This document shows positions 19,096 to 28,503 of a stretch of 64,000 nucleotides of DNA, piece by piece; positions within the stretch are counted from its first letter, which is position 1, and every line of letters starts with the position of its first letter. The notes beneath the pieces are model-generated. The model saw nothing but the letters and a program-made list of their open reading frames with translations, had not been told where the DNA came from and did not search any database. The position numbers were made by a program, and so were the translations under genes. The DNA is from Planctomycetales bacterium (GTDB taxonomy: Bacteria; 4484-113; JAFGCY01), in NCBI GenBank assembly GCA_022646745.1, contig CP060262.1, positions 3,897,188-3,961,187 on the forward strand. Reading direction: 5' to 3'.

Positions 19096-20691
19096 ATGAA
19101 GCTTCGGACCACAGCCTGCCTGCTCTTTGCCCTGGCGCTGCTTGCCAGCGGCGGCCTGCCGGCCAGCGCCCAGTCCGAACAGATGATCCGCGTGGTGATC
19201 GACGACACTGCGGCCAGCGCCGGGATCAAGGGAGACATGGGCTGGAGCACCGTGAATGGCCCGGTCAGGTCCAGTGCCAATCCCGCTGAAGTGAAGGTCA
19301 ATGCCGGCAAGCTGCGGCTGGTGCTCGATGGCGGCAGCTACGACTCGACCCGCTTCATTGCCATGCCGCAGTCCGGGTATGTGCAGTACGGAGGACGGGG
19401 CTACCGCGGCCATATTGAGCTGTTCGTCGGCAAGAATGGCAACGTGGTCGTGCTCAACGTGCTGCCGCTGGAGGAGTACCTCTACGGGGTCGTGCCATCG
19501 GAGATGTCCCCGAGCTGGCCGTTTGAAGCCTTGAAGAGCCAGGCCGTCGCCGCACGAACCTATGCCCTGAGCCGGATCATGGCCAACATGGAACGGACCT
19601 ACGACGTGTACGGCAATGTCAGCGACCAGGCCTACAAGGGCGTCAGTGGCGAGCATGACACCAGCACGCGCGCCGTGCAGGAGACCACAGGCCAGGTGAT
19701 TGACTACCACGGCCAGGTGATCACGGCCTTCTACTGCGCCTGCGCCGGCGGCATGACCAAGCAGGGCACCGAGCCCTACCTGCGCAGTGTGCCGACTGAC
19801 CACCCGGACTCCCCGCACCATGGCTGGGAAGTGACGATCAGCCTTGAGGACCTGAGCCGGATGGTGAAGGACAGCGGGGCCGACATCGGCCCGATCAAGG
19901 ACGTGACGGCTGAGTATGATGCCAACAGCGGGCACCTGCTGTCCCTGATCGTGCATGGGGCAAATGACAGTAAGCAGCTGTTCGGAACCACCCTGCGCAA
20001 GCTGGTGGGACGCAGCCGGATGAAGAGCACGCGTTGCCGGATCTACCCCGCCGGCGGCACTCCGCAGCCTGTGATCGCGAGTGCTCCACAAGGCCAGGTA
20101 CACCATGCACCGGAGAGCAGCGTCGTCAATGTAGCTACTGAAGTCAGCGTCAGCGGTGCCTCCTATACTGACAGTGACGGCAACTACGCCACACAGGAGA
20201 GCTTCGGCTGGCTCAAGCCCTGGGTGGCAAGCGCGGACATGCAGGTCATGGTGAAGATGCGCAACATGTTCGCCTACGACGGCAGCTCGCTGATGCAGTG
20301 CAACCGCGACATGCACATGCTCAGCGCGCAGGATGGTGGAGCCGTTGCCACGATGGCTTCAGCCGGTGGAGCCCCGGCAGCCACAGTGCCCGCTGAACCT
20401 TTGCCCGCAGTCGAGGTTGTCAATGCGCGCATGAGCCGTAGTGAACTGTCTGGCGGGCTGGTGATCAGGGGTGACGGCTATGGTCATGGTCTGGGGATGA
20501 GCCAGTGGGGTGCACGCAAGCTGGCAGAGGACGGGCTGGACTACCAGGCGATCCTGAAGTACTTCTACACCGGAGTTGACATAGTCAGCCTGCAGGCGAC
20601 GCCCCTGATGCCAGGTGAACAGCCGGACATCGATGAGGTGGAGGACCAGGGTGGCTTCTACGATGCCTTCACAGCGGTAGAGCTTGACTGA
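19096..20691 (+). CDS. SpoIID/LytB domain protein
   Basis: Signal peptide; conserved SpoIID-like block YLYGVVPSEMSPSWPFEALKSQAVAARTYAL. Confidence 0.8.
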   Translation: MKLRTTACLLFALALLASGGLPASAQSEQMIRVVIDDTAASAGIKGDMGWSTVNGPVRSSANPAEVKVNAGKLRLVLDGGSYDSTRFIAMPQSGYVQYGGRGYRGHIELFVGKNGNVVVLNVLPLEEYLYGVVPSEMSPSWPFEALKSQAVAARTYALSRIMANMERTYDVYGNVSDQAYKGVSGEHDTSTRAVQETTGQVIDYHGQVITAFYCACAGGMTKQGTEPYLRSVPTDHPDSPHHGWEVTISLEDLSRMVKDSGADIGPIKDVTAEYDANSGHLLSLIVHGANDSKQLFGTTLRKLVGRSRMKSTRCRIYPAGGTPQPVIASAPQGQVHHAPESSVVNVATEVSVSGASYTDSDGNYATQESFGWLKPWVASADMQVMVKMRNMFAYDGSSLMQCNRDMHMLSAQDGGAVATMASAGGAPAATVPAEPLPAVEVVNARMSRSELSGGLVIRGDGYGHGLGMSQWGARKLAEDGLDYQAILKYFYTGVDIVSLQATPLMPGEQPDIDEVEDQGGFYDAFTAVELD

Positions 20692-20693
20692 AC

Positions 20694-21392
20694 TCAGGCG
20701 CTGCGCCTGAAGGCCATCGCTTCCACCAGTTCGATCTCGCTGCGGCTGACATTCAGGTTGCGGCAGATGTCGGCGAAGTCTGCGTTGCGGATCATCATCT
20801 GAGCGATCTGTTCATACTTCTCATTGCTCAGCAGGAACTGGGAGGCGGCGGGAGAGATGCTGCGCCCGGCTGCCACTGCAGCCAGGTCCTCCTGGTCAGC
20901 AGTAAACTGGGGATCGATCCGCCTGAGGTGGTCCTCAAGCAGTTCCACCCGTTGCACCAGCCGGCGCTTGGTGTCCTGCTCGGCGGCAAGGCTGATGTCA
21001 AGCTCCTGCAGCTGCTCACGTGTCTCAAGCAGGGCATCCCTCACCACAGTGGTATCCCCATTGCCACCGTAGCGCTCAAGCTCAGACAGCCTGGCTGACA
21101 ATGTTGCCAGCTGGGACTGCATCAGGCTGCTGGTGCGCTCAAGGGCCACACGGCCCTGGCTCTGGAATTCACGCAACTCACCGGCCAGCCGTTCAGCAAG
21201 TTCCGGATCCGGCCGGGCAGCCTGCTGCATTGCCTGCTCCAGGCGCCGTAGGCGATGCTCGAAATGCTCGCGCTGCTCGTCCTCGCGGTTGAGGCGGGTA
21301 TGGTCCAGTCGCTGGAATGAGCGCTGGTTGAGGAGCATGTACAGGATGATCCCGGACATGATCGCCAGAAGAACTATTATCAAACCTTCCAC
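20694..21392 (-). CDS. hypothetical membrane-anchored coiled-coil protein
   Basis: N-terminal TM helix (LIIVLLAIMSGIILYMLL), long heptad-like charged region, C-terminal helix-turn-helix-like segment; GTG start at 21392. Confidence 0.5.
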   Translation of the reverse strand: MEGLIIVLLAIMSGIILYMLLNQRSFQRLDHTRLNREDEQREHFEHRLRRLEQAMQQAARPDPELAERLAGELREFQSQGRVALERTSSLMQSQLATLSARLSELERYGGNGDTTVVRDALLETREQLQELDISLAAEQDTKRRLVQRVELLEDHLRRIDPQFTADQEDLAAVAAGRSISPAASQFLLSNEKYEQIAQMMIRNADFADICRNLNVSRSEIELVEAMAFRRSA

Positions 21393-21431
21393 TTGTCAGG
21401 AATATACCGACCGAAGGTCAGATTGTCATCA

Positions 21432-22094
21432 TCATCTGGATGTTTTCACGCCGATTTTAGGACATTGAGCACTGATTAAACAGCGGCTGCACCAGGGGCT
21501 GACCGGGTTGCAGACCTGCTGGCCGTGGTTGACAAGCACACGGTTCAGGGTGGCCCAGTGCTTCTCGTCGATGATATCCATCAGGGCGAACTCGCTCTGC
21601 TCCGGGGTCTCAGTCTCGATCCAGCCGAGCCGGTTGCAGATCCGGTGCACGTGCGTGTCAACGCAGATCGCCGGGATGTCAAAGCAGATGTTCAGCACGA
21701 GGTTGGCAACCTTGCGGCCGACTCCGGGCAGCATGAGCAGCTCATCACGGGTGCGCGGAATCTCCCCGCCGAAGTCATTGATCAGCATCTCGCACATGGA
21801 ATGCAGGTTTTTCGCCTTCGCATTGTAGAAGCCGACCGGCTTGAGCAGCAGGGCCAGCTGGGTCTCCGGGATTGCCAGGATTCCCTCCGGAGTCCTGGCA
21901 ACGGCCCACAGCCTGGCAATCGCATCATTGGTGACCGGGTCCTTTGTGCGCGCGGACAGGATCGTGCCGACGAGCACCCGGAATGGGTCATCAGGTGTCA
22001 CATCCAGTGGATGGGTGGTGTAGAGCTTCGACAGCTTGTTGAAGAATGCGGTCGCAGCCTGTTTGCTGGGAGCTTTGGGGTAGTCGCCTGACAC
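21432..22094 (-). CDS. nth: endonuclease III (HhH-GPD DNA glycosylase with 4Fe-4S cluster loop)
   Basis: HhH-GPD region (LLMLPGVGRKVANLVL), C-terminal Cys cluster CNPVSPWCSRCLISAQC. Confidence 0.88.
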   Translation of the reverse strand: MSGDYPKAPSKQAATAFFNKLSKLYTTHPLDVTPDDPFRVLVGTILSARTKDPVTNDAIARLWAVARTPEGILAIPETQLALLLKPVGFYNAKAKNLHSMCEMLINDFGGEIPRTRDELLMLPGVGRKVANLVLNICFDIPAICVDTHVHRICNRLGWIETETPEQSEFALMDIIDEKHWATLNRVLVNHGQQVCNPVSPWCSRCLISAQCPKIGVKTSR

Positions 22095-22282
22095 CGGGAA
22101 ATGCTATCAGATGCCCCTGTTCATCTGTTTTTAACTTCATTTGTTAAATAGATGTCAAAACCGGGTTAACAGTCCAAATCAGCAAAGTTTCACGCCTATA
22201 CTGCGCAACGAACTGCCTCAGGCAGGGCTCGATAGACCACACAGGTTCAATTGACTGAATTCGAAAGTGACCAAGACTGTAG

Positions 22283-23935
22283 ATGTTCAAACAAGCTGAA
22301 CAGGATGGCCGGTTCTCCGAGGCAACCAAGGCATCACCGAATGTGCTGCCAGTCGACGCACGCATGTGTCCGGTTCCTGACAGCGCTGAACTGCTTTCGC
22401 AGACCGCCTCAAGTTTGGATGAAGGCCTGTGCATCATTGACAGTGATGGACGGCTGATCTTTGCAAATGAATCACTGCGCAAAATGGTCCATGAACAGCA
22501 CTCGATCGAAGGTCGCTTGCTTCCCGATGTGATTCCGCACCATGAGCGCTTCAAGCTGCAGGTCCATATGAAGCGGATCTGCCGTGGTGAACGTCAGAGC
22601 CTTGAACTGACCCTGTCTGACATCAGCGGCCAGACACGCAATGTGCTGGTCAGCACCGGTCCGTGCCAGGATGCCGGAAGTGTATACAACTTCGTGATGT
22701 TCACTGACATCACTTCCATCAGGCGCGCTGAGCAGGAAAAGCTCTACCTGATGGAACAGGTCCTCGGTTCCCGCCACATGGACCGGATCGGGACCCTTGC
22801 CGGCGGCCTGAGCCACGAGATGAACAATATCCTGCAGGTAATCCGCGCCAACGCCGAGTATTGCCAGCTGCTGGCTTCCGAGCCTGGAATGCCGCGGGAA
22901 AAACTGCAGGACATCATTGCCAGCACCCAGCGGGCCGAACGGATCCTCAAGCAGTTGCTGAGCTTCAGCAAGGACGAGCAGCCGGATGGCAGCGAGTTCA
23001 GGATGTCTGAGCTTGTGCGTCGCGTGATAGGTGTTGCTGCCCTGAGGAAATCAATTCCAGCCGGATGCAGCCTCGAGCTACTTACCCAGAATGACCTGTT
23101 GAAGGCTGACGAGCAGCAGATTGAACAAGTACTGGTACAGCTGATCCGCAATGCGATGCAGTACCTCCCTGAAGAGTCCGGGATACTGCGGATCAGGCTG
23201 GCTGACCCGACTGAGAGCATGCTCGACCGCCTGCCGGTGGCTGACTGCCGGCTTGAGAACTACCTGCTGATTGAGGTCCAGGACAATGGTGCCGGGATCC
23301 CCGGTGAGTACATCGACCGTATTTTCGACCCCTTCTTCACTACGCGGTCCGTTGGCCAGGGATTCGGCCTTGGTCTGACCATGGTGATGGGCATCGTAAG
23401 CTCCCTGGGTGGTGCAATCTGGGCCAGCCCAGTCCATGGAGGTGGAACATGCATCAGGATCATGCTGCGCCGGGTGCCTGCCAAGAGCACGGTTGAGCCT
23501 GTCGCACATGCACTCGCACCAGAGTTCCGGGTGATGCTCGTCGATGATGAGGAGATGATACTGCGCCTTGGACGCCGCATGCTTATGAAATCCGGCATGG
23601 ATGTTTTTGCAACAACTGACCCGCATGAAGCACTGCATGAGCTGCAGACCAATGCAGGTTCGTATGCACTGCTAGTCACGGACCAGAACATGCCTGAATT
23701 CAATGGAATGGACCTGGCTGAGGCTGCGCGCTATGCCAATCCCGAGATCAAGGTAGTGCTGTGCACGGGCTACACGCCGGACCTGGATGAGGAAAGAATA
23801 TCCGAACTGGAGATTGACGCAGTGCTGGCCAAGCCTTTTGACATCCACGAGCTAAGCAGGCTGGCACAGAAGTTGCTTGAAGCCGGGGCTGTGAACAGTG
23901 GCAGCTGTCCCGATTCCGTTTACCGATCAGCCTGA
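22283..23935 (+). CDS. hybrid sensor histidine kinase (PAS - HisKA - HATPase_c - receiver)
   Basis: H-box LSHEMNNILQVI, G-box VQDNGAGIP / GQGFGLGL, C-terminal receiver domain (VMLVDDEEM...LLVTDQNMPEFNG). Confidence 0.85.
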   Translation: MFKQAEQDGRFSEATKASPNVLPVDARMCPVPDSAELLSQTASSLDEGLCIIDSDGRLIFANESLRKMVHEQHSIEGRLLPDVIPHHERFKLQVHMKRICRGERQSLELTLSDISGQTRNVLVSTGPCQDAGSVYNFVMFTDITSIRRAEQEKLYLMEQVLGSRHMDRIGTLAGGLSHEMNNILQVIRANAEYCQLLASEPGMPREKLQDIIASTQRAERILKQLLSFSKDEQPDGSEFRMSELVRRVIGVAALRKSIPAGCSLELLTQNDLLKADEQQIEQVLVQLIRNAMQYLPEESGILRIRLADPTESMLDRLPVADCRLENYLLIEVQDNGAGIPGEYIDRIFDPFFTTRSVGQGFGLGLTMVMGIVSSLGGAIWASPVHGGGTCIRIMLRRVPAKSTVEPVAHALAPEFRVMLVDDEEMILRLGRRMLMKSGMDVFATTDPHEALHELQTNAGSYALLVTDQNMPEFNGMDLAEAARYANPEIKVVLCTGYTPDLDEERISELEIDAVLAKPFDIHELSRLAQKLLEAGAVNSGSCPDSVYRSA

Positions 23936-24271
23936 AATCGAATTGTCACGAACAAAATCCACCAGCCGCGCGAATTCCTCGCGGAGTTCGGTGAATTTAC
24001 GTTCTGCGCCGTCCAGGCTGTCCTCCCGTCCCATATGCTCTAGGTCCGCTGACAGTGCAGCCATCCTTGATGCAAGCAATTCTGCGCTGCTGCCCTTCAC
24101 TGCGTGGGAATCCTGCCTGAGCTTCTGTGCATCCCCTGCTGCAATGCTGTTGCCGATTTCAGTGATCAGCCCTTCGCATACATCTATGTAGTCCTGCACG
24201 ATCTCCTGCCAGATCTCGGCATCCCCAAGACGTGCTATTCCTCCGGCAACATCAAGCGGTGACTGCTCCAC
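23927..24271 (-). CDS. Hpt (histidine phosphotransfer) domain protein
   Basis: Conserved HAVKGSSAELLASRMA motif with phospho-acceptor His; GTG start with GGAG 8 nt upstream; convergent with hybrid kinase. Confidence 0.7.
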   Translation of the reverse strand: MEQSPLDVAGGIARLGDAEIWQEIVQDYIDVCEGLITEIGNSIAAGDAQKLRQDSHAVKGSSAELLASRMAALSADLEHMGREDSLDGAERKFTELREEFARLVDFVRDNSISG

Positions 24272-24472
24272 GGTTCACTCCAATTCGCTACAAGCAAGTA
24301 ATACGCCTCAGGCGCATGATAGTGCGTAGAGCCTACAGTCAGGACTTTTCCGGCGGGTACATATATAATGTTAACTGGGTGAAATCCAGGTCTGCCAGGG
24401 TTCCCCCTACTCCAGGGCCACAATCCTTCCAACGGCAGCCTTCTGGTTTGGCACATTCAGCGAGGTACTTCT

Positions 24473-25105
24473 ATGCTCAGACGCCGACTGGCATACATCA
24501 TTCCCAGCCTGACGCTGGTCATGACCGCGATGCTGTTCATCGCATGCGGTGGTAACGGTGGACCGATCCAGCAGGAGCAACTGAATGCCGCTCCCCAGGT
24601 GGACCGCCAGCTTCCGCAGCAGGAACAGCTTGCCGATGGGGCCGGCCTGCCCTTCGCAAATGGCGATGCGGGTTCAAACCTTGTCACCCTGCGTACACCG
24701 TCACTTGCTGAACTGGGTGCCGGTGATGAATTCACGGTCCGGCTGGACGTGGACCTCCGTGAGGAAGTACACCAGGGTGTACTGCGACTGATGTTTGACA
24801 GCCAGGACATGCAGCCCGTCGAGGTTGTGCCGGGGTCCATGCTGCCCTCCGGCATGGTCCGGATTGCCGACCTCGACAAGCCGGGATTCATTCCGCTGGC
24901 CTTCACGGCCCTGCCGGGTGGCACTGACGTGGCCGCCGGCAGCGGTGAGCTGTTCAGCATTCGCTTCCGCCTGCTGAAGGCCGGCAATGAAGCCGGACGG
25001 ATTTCCTTCATCAGTGACAACGACTTCCTGCAGCTGCGAGACCGCGATGGCGAGCGCCTGCGCTTCAACCTCGGAACCGAGGCGGGAGGCAGTGATGTCA
25101 ATTAA
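24473..25105 (+). CDS. cohesin-like domain lipoprotein
   Basis: Lipoprotein signal ...MLFIACGG; beta-sandwich pattern resembling cohesin modules (GDEFTVRLDVDL...VLRLMFDSQDMQPVEVVPGSML...ELFSIRFRLLKAGNEAGRISF). Confidence 0.45.
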   Translation: MLRRRLAYIIPSLTLVMTAMLFIACGGNGGPIQQEQLNAAPQVDRQLPQQEQLADGAGLPFANGDAGSNLVTLRTPSLAELGAGDEFTVRLDVDLREEVHQGVLRLMFDSQDMQPVEVVPGSMLPSGMVRIADLDKPGFIPLAFTALPGGTDVAAGSGELFSIRFRLLKAGNEAGRISFISDNDFLQLRDRDGERLRFNLGTEAGGSDVN

Positions 25106-28100
25106 GCACATCCTCCTTCTCAGCATCCTTGCCATCCTGCTTGGCAGCAATGCCGCGCTTGCCACCTACCCGCCCCCGGAAGGCATGCTTGAGCGCATGG
25201 CGCAGGAAGGCACCCTGGCCGATGCCCAGGAGTTTGCCCGCCAGCTTGGCAACCATGAAATGAAGCGTCCAAAGCGCGGAGCGCTGGACATTGACCAGTA
25301 CAGCCCGCAGCAGGTCGCGGACCTGATTTCCGCAAACCTCGGTCGCAGCCTCGATGAGCGCACCACGAGCGAAGTCGGTAAGATGACCAGCACTGAGCTG
25401 GCCTGGGTCGAACTGGACCTGAACCACGACGGGATGGTTGATGAGCGTGACCTGCTGGTGCTCGGCCATCCGCAACCGAAACAGACAGCCACGATCCCAA
25501 GCCTCGGCTACAACAAGATGCTGACGATCCTGATCGAGTTCCCGGACTACCCGCAGTATTTCGATCCGCAGTCAATCCATGACGTCTGCTACAGCCCGAC
25601 CCCGCTGCCGAACTACCACCTTGGCAGCATGCGCTGGTTCTACGACCAGGCCAGCTATGGTGCATGCACCCTCGATGGCGACACCTTCGGCTGGTATATG
25701 GCACAGAACCCCCGCACCTACTACCATCCCGATGACAACAGCGGCGGAGGCAAGCGCGAGGAGCTGATCCTCGAGGCCTGTGACGCGGCCGATGCTGCGG
25801 GACTCGACTTCAATGACTACGATAACGATGGCGACGGTGTAGTGGACGAATTCATCGTGATCTGGACCGGCCCGCATGGCGACTGGGCAACCTTCTGGTG
25901 GGGCTACCACACCGGGATGGGCAACGGCAAGACCTACGACGGCGTGCGCCTCGGCAGCTATTCCTGGCAGTGGGAGCGCGGCTACTACTTCAACAACGAA
26001 CCCCCGACTCCCGACATCTGGAGTGCGGACGTAGTGATCCACGAGACTGGCCACGGCTTCGGCCTGCCGGACTACTACGACTATGACGGCAGTGTCGGAC
26101 CGGACGGCGGTGTTGGCTCAATGGACCGCATGGATGGTTACCGCGGTGAACATGGCTGCTTCTCCAAGTACATCCTCGGCTGGCTGCAACCGACGATCGC
26201 ATACACGAACCTCGATGACGAAGCATTGGATGTGGCGGATGCCAACCCGGACTGCGTGCTGTTCATGCCGGGCTATGACCCGGCCACGCCCTGGGACGAA
26301 TATTTCATGGCCCAGAACCGCGGGCGCGGCGGGATCGACTACCAGATGCCAACGGACGGCGTGCTGATCTGGCATGCTGATGCCCGCCTGAATGCAGGTG
26401 GTGGCTTCCTGTTCAACAACAGCTATACCGACCACAAGCTGATCCGCCTGATGGAAGCTGACGGACTCGAGGAGATCGAGAACGGCCCGAACCACAGCGG
26501 TGATGCAGGCGACTACTATGACCTCGGCGAAAGCCTCGCTCCCGGCACGACTCCCAGCAGTGACGGATACGATGCCCCGACCGGCATGGTGGTGGACGAC
26601 ATCTCGGCTGACGGCGCCACGATGACGGCGGACTTCACGCTTTACCCGACCGCCCCGCCGACGGTGACCCTCAGTGGAATCACACCGGGCAGCACGGTCA
26701 GTGGCAACGTTCCGCTGACGATCACGACGACCTCAGCTGCGGGTATAGCGGAGATCCAGCTCTGGGTGGATGGAGTACTGGTGGACGTGAAGACCGGTTC
26801 CGGCAGCTCCACTCCGCTGTGGAACACGCTGGTGGACTTCAACAAGACGATGGACGTGATGGCCCGGGCCTACGATGTGAATGGCCAGAGCGCCACTGAC
26901 ACCGTGAGCGTCACTGTCAGCAACAGCGGCGTGGTGAGCTTTGCCGACTACTTCAACATCGGCTTCAAGCTGTGGCGCAGCATCAACTTCCCGGACGTGC
27001 GCCGCGGCACCTGGACACAGTGGGAGACCCGGGCCTGCCCGGCCAGCCCGCCGCCGATCTCCGGTGGCAACGAGGCCTACGTGGCCCCGATGCTGAATGA
27101 CAATGAGTGGCACAACGCGCTGGACAACCTGCGCAGCCAGCGTGTCAACGCGGTGGACTTCGAATACCTCGTGAGCATCAGCTTCGAGTACCGCGCCCGT
27201 GACGGATTCTCCCTGTGGTACACGACTGACGAGGGGCAGAACTGGACCCTGCTTGACAACCTCACGCAGACGAACGACTGGTCCACCTACAACCGGGTGG
27301 TGGACCTGCGCGGCAGCCAGTTCTACCTGGAGTTCCGCTACAGCGGCAACGTGCGCGGTGATAACCAGAGCGGCCGTGGGGCGAACATCGACAACATCAG
27401 CGTGCATGAGGCTCCGAGTGACCCGCCGACCGTGCAGATCACGAGCCACGTTGATGGCGACCACATCAGCAACAGTACACTGTTCACGGCGGACGCGAAC
27501 GACGACTTCGGCATCGATCACGTGGATTTCTACGTGAATGGCGGACTGGCCTTCACTGACAGCGAGGCGCCGTATGAATACGAACGCAATCTGGTCAACG
27601 ATGACAACCGCCCGGACATCCCGGTCAGGGTGGTCGCCACCGACAGTGACGGCCTGACCAGTGTGCCGGACGAGGTCGCGATCAGCTGGGACACGGAGCG
27701 CCCGTTCCCACTGTTTGACGACTGTGAGATCAGCGATGACACAGGCCCGAACGCCTGGTCATTCCAGAATGGCGGAAGCTCAGTACCGAACTGGCAGTGG
27801 AGCACGGCGGACGCTTTCAGCGGCGTGCAGTCGATGGCCTGGACCGGCGACGGCAGCTTCTCCGGTGACAGTGAGGGCGTCTGGTTCTGGGGCAGCCGCG
27901 GGGTGAGCGAGGGCCGGATCTGCGTCGACCTTGCCAACCCGAAGGTCGTGGATCCGGTGCTGCGCTACAAGATGACAGGAAACTTCCCGGATGGCAGCGG
28001 CCGCGGCCTGTACCTCTACACCACATGGTATGGCTGGGAGCAGATCGGTGGCTGGGGTGACAACTGGGCTGAGTGGACCGATGTTGAGTTCGACCTGTCA

Positions 28101-28493
28101 GGCCGCATCGGCCACAGTGGCCGCATCGTCTGGTGGGTGTTCGGCTCCAGTGGCGACGCAGCCGGCATCTGGCTTGATGATGTTGAGGTCACGAATGCCA
28201 CTCCGGTGATTGACAGCATCAGCCCAGGCATCGCGATTGACGGCGAGATCATCACCCTGAGCGGACTGGGCTTCAGCAGCTGCGACATCTCGAAGCAGCT
28301 CAACTTCACCGAGGGAACCGTGCTGATGCCGCTGGACGTCGTGAGCTGGACCGATGAGGAGATCCAGTTCGCCGTACCTGCCGGGGCGCGCGGTGGCAAC
28401 CTGAGCGTGACCGTCAACGGCCGCCAGAGCAATGAGGTGAGCCTTGTTGTCAGGCTGGCCAGCCCGCAGCTGACGGAGATCGGCGGACTGTAA
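25095..28493 (+). CDS. secreted M6-family (immune inhibitor A-like) zinc metalloprotease with dockerin-like repeat and C-terminal Ig/IPT-like domains
   Basis: Signal peptide MSIKHILLLSILAILLGSNAALA; zincin motif VVIHETGHGFGLPDYYDYDG; dockerin-like LDLNHDGMVDERDLLVL; ATG 25095 with GGGAGG upstream (track ORF 24987 is an extension). Confidence 0.8.
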   Translation: MSIKHILLLSILAILLGSNAALATYPPPEGMLERMAQEGTLADAQEFARQLGNHEMKRPKRGALDIDQYSPQQVADLISANLGRSLDERTTSEVGKMTSTELAWVELDLNHDGMVDERDLLVLGHPQPKQTATIPSLGYNKMLTILIEFPDYPQYFDPQSIHDVCYSPTPLPNYHLGSMRWFYDQASYGACTLDGDTFGWYMAQNPRTYYHPDDNSGGGKREELILEACDAADAAGLDFNDYDNDGDGVVDEFIVIWTGPHGDWATFWWGYHTGMGNGKTYDGVRLGSYSWQWERGYYFNNEPPTPDIWSADVVIHETGHGFGLPDYYDYDGSVGPDGGVGSMDRMDGYRGEHGCFSKYILGWLQPTIAYTNLDDEALDVADANPDCVLFMPGYDPATPWDEYFMAQNRGRGGIDYQMPTDGVLIWHADARLNAGGGFLFNNSYTDHKLIRLMEADGLEEIENGPNHSGDAGDYYDLGESLAPGTTPSSDGYDAPTGMVVDDISADGATMTADFTLYPTAPPTVTLSGITPGSTVSGNVPLTITTTSAAGIAEIQLWVDGVLVDVKTGSGSSTPLWNTLVDFNKTMDVMARAYDVNGQSATDTVSVTVSNSGVVSFADYFNIGFKLWRSINFPDVRRGTWTQWETRACPASPPPISGGNEAYVAPMLNDNEWHNALDNLRSQRVNAVDFEYLVSISFEYRARDGFSLWYTTDEGQNWTLLDNLTQTNDWSTYNRVVDLRGSQFYLEFRYSGNVRGDNQSGRGANIDNISVHEAPSDPPTVQITSHVDGDHISNSTLFTADANDDFGIDHVDFYVNGGLAFTDSEAPYEYERNLVNDDNRPDIPVRVVATDSDGLTSVPDEVAISWDTERPFPLFDDCEISDDTGPNAWSFQNGGSSVPNWQWSTADAFSGVQSMAWTGDGSFSGDSEGVWFWGSRGVSEGRICVDLANPKVVDPVLRYKMTGNFPDGSGRGLYLYTTWYGWEQIGGWGDNWAEWTDVEFDLSGRIGHSGRIVWWVFGSSGDAAGIWLDDVEVTNATPVIDSISPGIAIDGEIITLSGLGFSSCDISKQLNFTEGTVLMPLDVVSWTDEEIQFAVPAGARGGNLSVTVNGRQSNEVSLVVRLASPQLTEIGGL

Positions 28494-28503
28494 GCAGGAA
28501 GGG

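Noticed and set aside
17958-20316. Two long minus-strand ORFs (450 and 478 aa) overlapping the hypothetical secreted protein and SpoIID genes
   Set aside because: Antisense to genes with clear signal peptides and conserved motifs; Arg/Ala/Pro-rich translations typical of GC-rich antisense frames.
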